A DNA stretch of 64,000 nt, from the NCBI GenBank assembly GCA_965178125.1, contig OZ237744.1, forward strand, positions 558,001-622,000, in the 5' to 3' direction. Under the pieces are notes generated by a model. It did not search any database. It saw only the letters and a program-made list of their open reading frames with translations, and was not told where the DNA came from. The stretch comes from Bilabrum cf. latius (lineage: Eukaryota). Within the stretch, counting starts at the first letter, position 1, and every line of letters begins with the position of its first letter. Shown piece after piece: positions 59,249 to 64,000 of the stretch. A program made the translations under genes and the position numbers.

Positions 59249-62200
59249 TCACTGTGGAGTCCCGCGCGAGTCGTCTCGCTCAACTATTCCAGGAAGTCGG
59301 ACAACCTGCGGCAGTGTTCGGCCTTGCTACTCGGGGCTCTGGATCGATCCTGGCAAGGCAGCTGGTCTACCCCGACCCCGACCGTCGCTCCCACCAGGTT
59401 GTAATCCAAACCGACCTCGTCCACGTCCGCGAACTCCCTGCCCACCATTCAATCGAGCTGCAGCCAAGAGCTGCCGACCTCTGCCGGCCTGCACGAGGGT
59501 CCTCGGGCCGGATCGCGGGAGCTCCCTGCGAGCCGATCGCTCGTCTGCATCGCGAGCTGGGTTGGAGGTGTCGAAATGCAAAGAATCAAGACGTTCTGTG
59601 GCATCCCTTACGTACAACGGCGTTGATTGTAGTCGGCCAGCAGCTCCTCTTGCGGCTGAGGCTGCCACACCATCTCTGCCGAGTTGAACTCCATCCGCCT
59701 AGGGTCGCCGGGCGGCACCAATGCCTGCTTCCACAGCTAGGACCGGGTTGGAGGTGAAGGGCTCCCTTGCAATCGCGGACGTGCGCCGGAAAACGCCAGG
59801 AGACTGTCCCGCCCTACTAGAGGCCGAGCTGGAAGAGTTCTTGGACTGGGAGCTGCTCCAATGACGCAAAAGCGTGCCAGACCCCCCAGCTGCGCCTGGT
59901 GTCTGCATCGAGGCTGCCCCCGAATCAGAACTCCCTCGCTGGGTCGATTCCTATTCAGATCGCAGCCGAATTCCCACGCTTGATCGACGAGGGTCAGCAA
60001 CCTCTGACGATGCCGCTGAGCTTGGTGATCCACGGGCTCCTCGTAGCTATCCAGCACCAGCACTTCGCCCTCTCCCTCGTCCAACAGATAGAACAGCCCG
60101 CCTCGCCCCAAAGGCAAGGTGTTCATTGTTCCTAGTAACCACAGACTTGTCCCCAGTCGAGCTGGCTGCTCTGTTGCTCGACCCAGATGCAACTGAAAGT
60201 CTCGATGCCTTTGGCAGCTAGTGTGGGGTCTTGGAGCTTTCCTGCGCTCTTTCCTACCTGGATCCAGCTGAGACTTGAGCCACAAGGTTCCTTGACGAGC
60301 CTCTATGTGCGGCGAGAGCCTTCTGCACAATTGACGACACGTTACGGTGCTTCAGCTCCTTTCTGCCAGGCTTCTGTTGATCCTCATCTCCTGGGCGCAC
60401 AAACCCCAAGCCTGGGTTCGCAATCCGGAGCGGATTGTCTCCCTCAAAGTTCAGCATGGCGTTCTGGGAACTCTTCGATAGCGATGGCTTTCGCTCCAGC
60501 GACTTAAGCCTGACTCGTACGGCTTTTGTCCGCACCCTAGGTACCGAATTCGACGACTTGCGCGGGAACGCATCACCTTCCTCTGCATCAGATTTAGACG
60601 ATTCTGGGCCCCACATGGGATTCTCCAACTTCTTCATGTCGCCACCTACGCCTGCAGCTGACAGTCCCCTGGTGTTTGAGGCATGCGCTATCTTCTGGGC
60701 GCGTTCATTCGAATCGCCGGCAATCGCACGCCCAATTTCACCGCGATATACTACCAATACCACAACAATGGCGACCAGCGCGACAGCTCCAATGACTATT
60801 CCCGCGATTGCAGCCGGGCTGAGCTTGCCGTCTGGTGTACCATCTGTAGTGGGAACCGGTCCAGGACCTGCAACGTTAAGTAGTGTGGGACGCCGAATCG
60901 CGAGGAATGCTCCAGGCGAGCACACGAAGGGCAGCCGAATTGCGTCGATGCGCTCGTAGTCCGCAGGCCACCATCCAGTCTCGTTGAACGGTGAAGTCTC
61001 ATTATCAACCGCATCCACAACGGGCGTATCTGGCTCAGTTCCGTTTCCGGTGCCATTGTCTCCACCACGCCACCAAGGGGCGAGCCTGGGGCGGTGATCC
61101 TCATCCTCAGAGCCATCCACGGATACCATGACTTTTCGGCTCTGAGCAATTATTCCCAGCGTCCCACTCGTGGTGACCGCACCGTCCTTGTCTTCGACCG
61201 AAGCCTGAAGCAGAACTATGGAAGCTCGCGCGGCATCGCCCCAAGCTAGGCCTCCCCACGCAGACGGTGCGTCCTGCGCCGGCATAATGTCCACGATAGC
61301 GGCCTGGCCTGTCCACTCCCTGGATGATGACTGACCCCAACCCTGCGACGCACCATCACTGCTTGGCCAGACTGGCCGCACCGTGCCTGTCTCGGCCAAT
61401 GCGTTAATTCTCTCAAGCTCATCCGAGGTAATGCCTCCCATAAGCGCCGCTTGGTGAGACGCTAGCCCGATAGCAGCATCTTGGAACGTGGCAAGCTGCG
61501 TGGAAAACTCCGTGACAGATGGATCAGACTCGTGGGTACCAGCAATGTAGCCGGCAGACTTGGGCTTTGAAGAGAACACAGAGATGGCAGGGAATCCCTC
61601 CTCCCATCCAGAAGAGGAAGCATCGTCAGCGTTGAAGCCCCGCCGCCCGAGTGGCGCAGATTCTAAGTGTACAGACACGGCAGGACGCGCAGGCCACTCA
61701 AGCAGTCTATCTGTAGCAGTATCAGGGGCCACTCTAGCACCCAAACCAGGTTCTACAGCATTGAATTCATGCTCTGCCTACGACATGATGCTGGCATTCT
61801 ACGAAGCATCTACGGGCTGGACAGTGCGCCCAAAGTCTTCCAAGTTGTCCGCACTATCCACGGCAAGTGCATGGAGCTCTGCCACCATCGAACGGACCAT
61901 GGGAGCATCATACCATGGAGTGACTTGCTGTTGCCCATCAAGCAGCAATCGTGCTGCTGCCTCAGCCATGCGATCATACGATGGACCAGCCAGTTGTTGC
62001 GCCAGTCGTGCACGGACAAACTTCGCTGCGTCTGCGGCACATTGCACAAGCTGCTGGATAGCCTCTACGGATCCCATCTTCCCGCTGTCGTACGACGAGG
62101 CATGTCTGTCAAGAAGAACGGGTGAATGCCGTGTCATCTGGCTTGCTGGAGCCATAGATCCCGCCAGCTGGATAGACTTGAGGATTGCAACGCCAGCAGA

Positions 62201-64000
62201 TCCTTCGTTCGGATGGAGCATGACCTCTTGGATGAGCTGAACGGGGCCGTGGTCAGCGCCCGGCCATGGGAGGTTCGACACAGACACGCACTGCGGCAAT
62301 GTTAGGCCAGCCTGGGCCAAGCCGACCCAGTTCACAGTGCGTCGAATTGATACAGCTGTTGCTACAGCAAAGGACGCACCAGTCAGCACACGCACATTAC
62401 TAACACGTCCGCGGACCAGGCCACCAACCGCATAGCCATCTGGATCGATCGATCTCGACAGATCCACTGCCACTGACAAGGCTTCATGCGAAGCAAAAGG
62501 CTAAACAGAGTCTTTCCAAGCAGTCCTTTCTTCCACTGTTGCATTTGATGGAGCCATTCTCTATAGAAGCTCATACCCTGATGCGGCTTGCACATCTGCG
62601 GCGCGCAGCCAACTCGAGCCTGCAGCCGGAATTGGCGATGAGATCGTCACCCCCGGAAGTTGCAGGGGATCCTCCATCCCACCCGATTGCTCCAGCTGTA
62701 GCTTCTGTAGCCAATTGCTTCTGCTCGAAATAGTCCAACTCGACACGATGCAGGTGGGCGGGCGATGCCGGCGCACTGACACCACAGCCTCATCGACTGC
62801 TGTCTCGCCAGCAGCCGCTCGGCCAAACAGCTCTTCCGACAGCACTTGCTGCATCCTTACGCGCATCGTGTAGGTGACACCGTACACCATACCAGTGAGG
62901 CTCGTGGAGACTTCGTCGACGCTTTCAATGGTTGCTGCTTGAAGTGCGTCAGCGCTGCTCTGCGACGTCTCGCCAGCCTCCGGGAACGCCCTAGTCACCT
63001 CCCAAGCCGTGTTCAGCATGTCTAACGGGACGAGAGCGATGCTTCCAGCGGCGCTAATTGACACTTCCGCACTGGTTGACACGGGATGCGCCACCCTGGC
63101 TTTCGCGGCGAGCGGGTCACCCACGTGCACAGATGCTGCCCGCTCAAGGCCATCGATGTCGCGAGCAACAAGACGCATCCTCAGTGCGAAGGGTTTGGCG
63201 GCCTGTGAAGAGCTCGCAGGCTTGTTCCCAGGGACGTATGCCTCCACAAAGGCCGCTGCAGCACCCATCGACTTCGATGGAATCGCATCGCCGTCTGAGG
63301 AGATCGGCGGCACAGGCCCAGGGCAGCCACGGATGCTTTGTCCCGGCTCAGGTCCGGTCTCACCGGCATGCAGAAGAGCCTCCACCCGTTCAGGTCTCAG
63401 CGGAATGCATGGCAGTTGCGAGTCGTCAGGGGAAATGAAAAGTGGCATGATCTCAAAATCTTGGACGGACTGTCCCTGAAGGTCCCACTCCCACCAAACG
63501 GCCTCGATGTCGGAATCAGGGTCAATGGTGCTGGACCCATCCAAGACGTACGCTCGCACTGCTCCACGAGAGTTTCGAACAAGTTCGGGCGATTCCATGG
63601 ATCTTTCTTGCTCTCTTCCAATCATAGCAGGTACACTAGATTGGAGAGCATCAAGATGCGCGGCAAACGCAGGCGGTACGGTGGCATTGGCGCACGTCAT
63701 ATTGGCTGGCACCAGCCCGCTCTGTGTTGAAACACCTTGGCAAAGGTACAGCCATTCACTCATGCCGTCCAAGGACCGGTCTTCAGTGCCAATCCTTGCG
63801 TGGAAGCCAGACGTGCCAGTGCTGTCTCCAGTCTCAGGAATCATTGGATCTGCTTCCACAACAATCTATCCGGATGAAGGGTCGATTTCGAACATTCCAC
63901 GGGGATAAACGGACCTGCTGGCTGAAGGCACAGGGGGCCATGCAATCCGCACAGACACAAACTTGTCATCAAAGCTACCCAACTCGTCATACACCCTCCC
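59249..64000 (-). CDS. Large type I membrane protein with PKD/Ig-like extracellular repeats (5' part beyond the window)
   Basis: One frame open to the window edge with only TAG interruptions; TGA at 59249. 'LDGSSTIDPDSDIEAVWWEW', 'VDLSRSIDPDG', TM segment 'AAIAGIVIGAVALVAIVVVLVVYR', then an S/R/G-rich cytoplasmic tail. Confidence 0.7.

Noticed and set aside
1-64000. Region of mass pseudogenisation or sequencing error
   Set aside because: Interruptions are exclusively TAG, never TAA, TGA or frameshifts outside clean introns. They fall on conserved Gln positions, and catalytic motifs remain intact.
1-64000. TAG as pyrrolysine, selenocysteine-like recoding, or Leu/Glu
   Set aside because: TAG occurs in every gene and aligns with conserved Gln and poly-Q runs, not with a special site or another residue.
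1-64000. Recoded phage or prokaryotic contig
   Set aside because: Spliceosomal introns and eukaryote-type genes (PRMT7-like, F-box/LRR, kinesin-like, La motif) are present, with no operon structure.

Overview
Gene-dense eukaryotic (protist-like) nuclear DNA with short GT-AG introns and very short intergenic spacers. The main result is that it does not use the standard genetic code. Nearly every gene is broken in the ORF track by in-frame TAG codons, and the fragments rejoin in a single frame when TAG is read through. These TAGs occupy positions that are conserved glutamines: the calpain oxyanion Gln, RT 'QxGFR' and 'PQG', ABCA 'RQL' and 'KHQQLISG', LRR 'NQL', and poly-Q runs. Genes end in TGA (15 of 18) or TAA (3 of 18), and I found no TAA inside a coding frame. 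TAG therefore appears to encode Gln while TAA remains a stop. Under this code the window holds 17 host genes: archaemetzincin-like, divergent kinesin, GH115-like, PAP2, PRMT7-like, TMEM65-like, La-motif protein, BBS-type chaperonin-like, alpha/beta hydrolase, ABCA, LRR, calpain, FMO, a long coiled-coil protein, F-box/LRR, ZnT9-like, and a partial PKD-like membrane protein. It also holds an apparently intact ~8.3 kb non-LTR retrotransposon. Its single ~2,700-codon ORF uses the same code and carries hydrophobic segments, an RG-rich tract and a possible OTU-like protease ahead of APE and RT. Gene models were assembled by hand; start codons and some introns are tentative, and the organism cannot be identified from this window.
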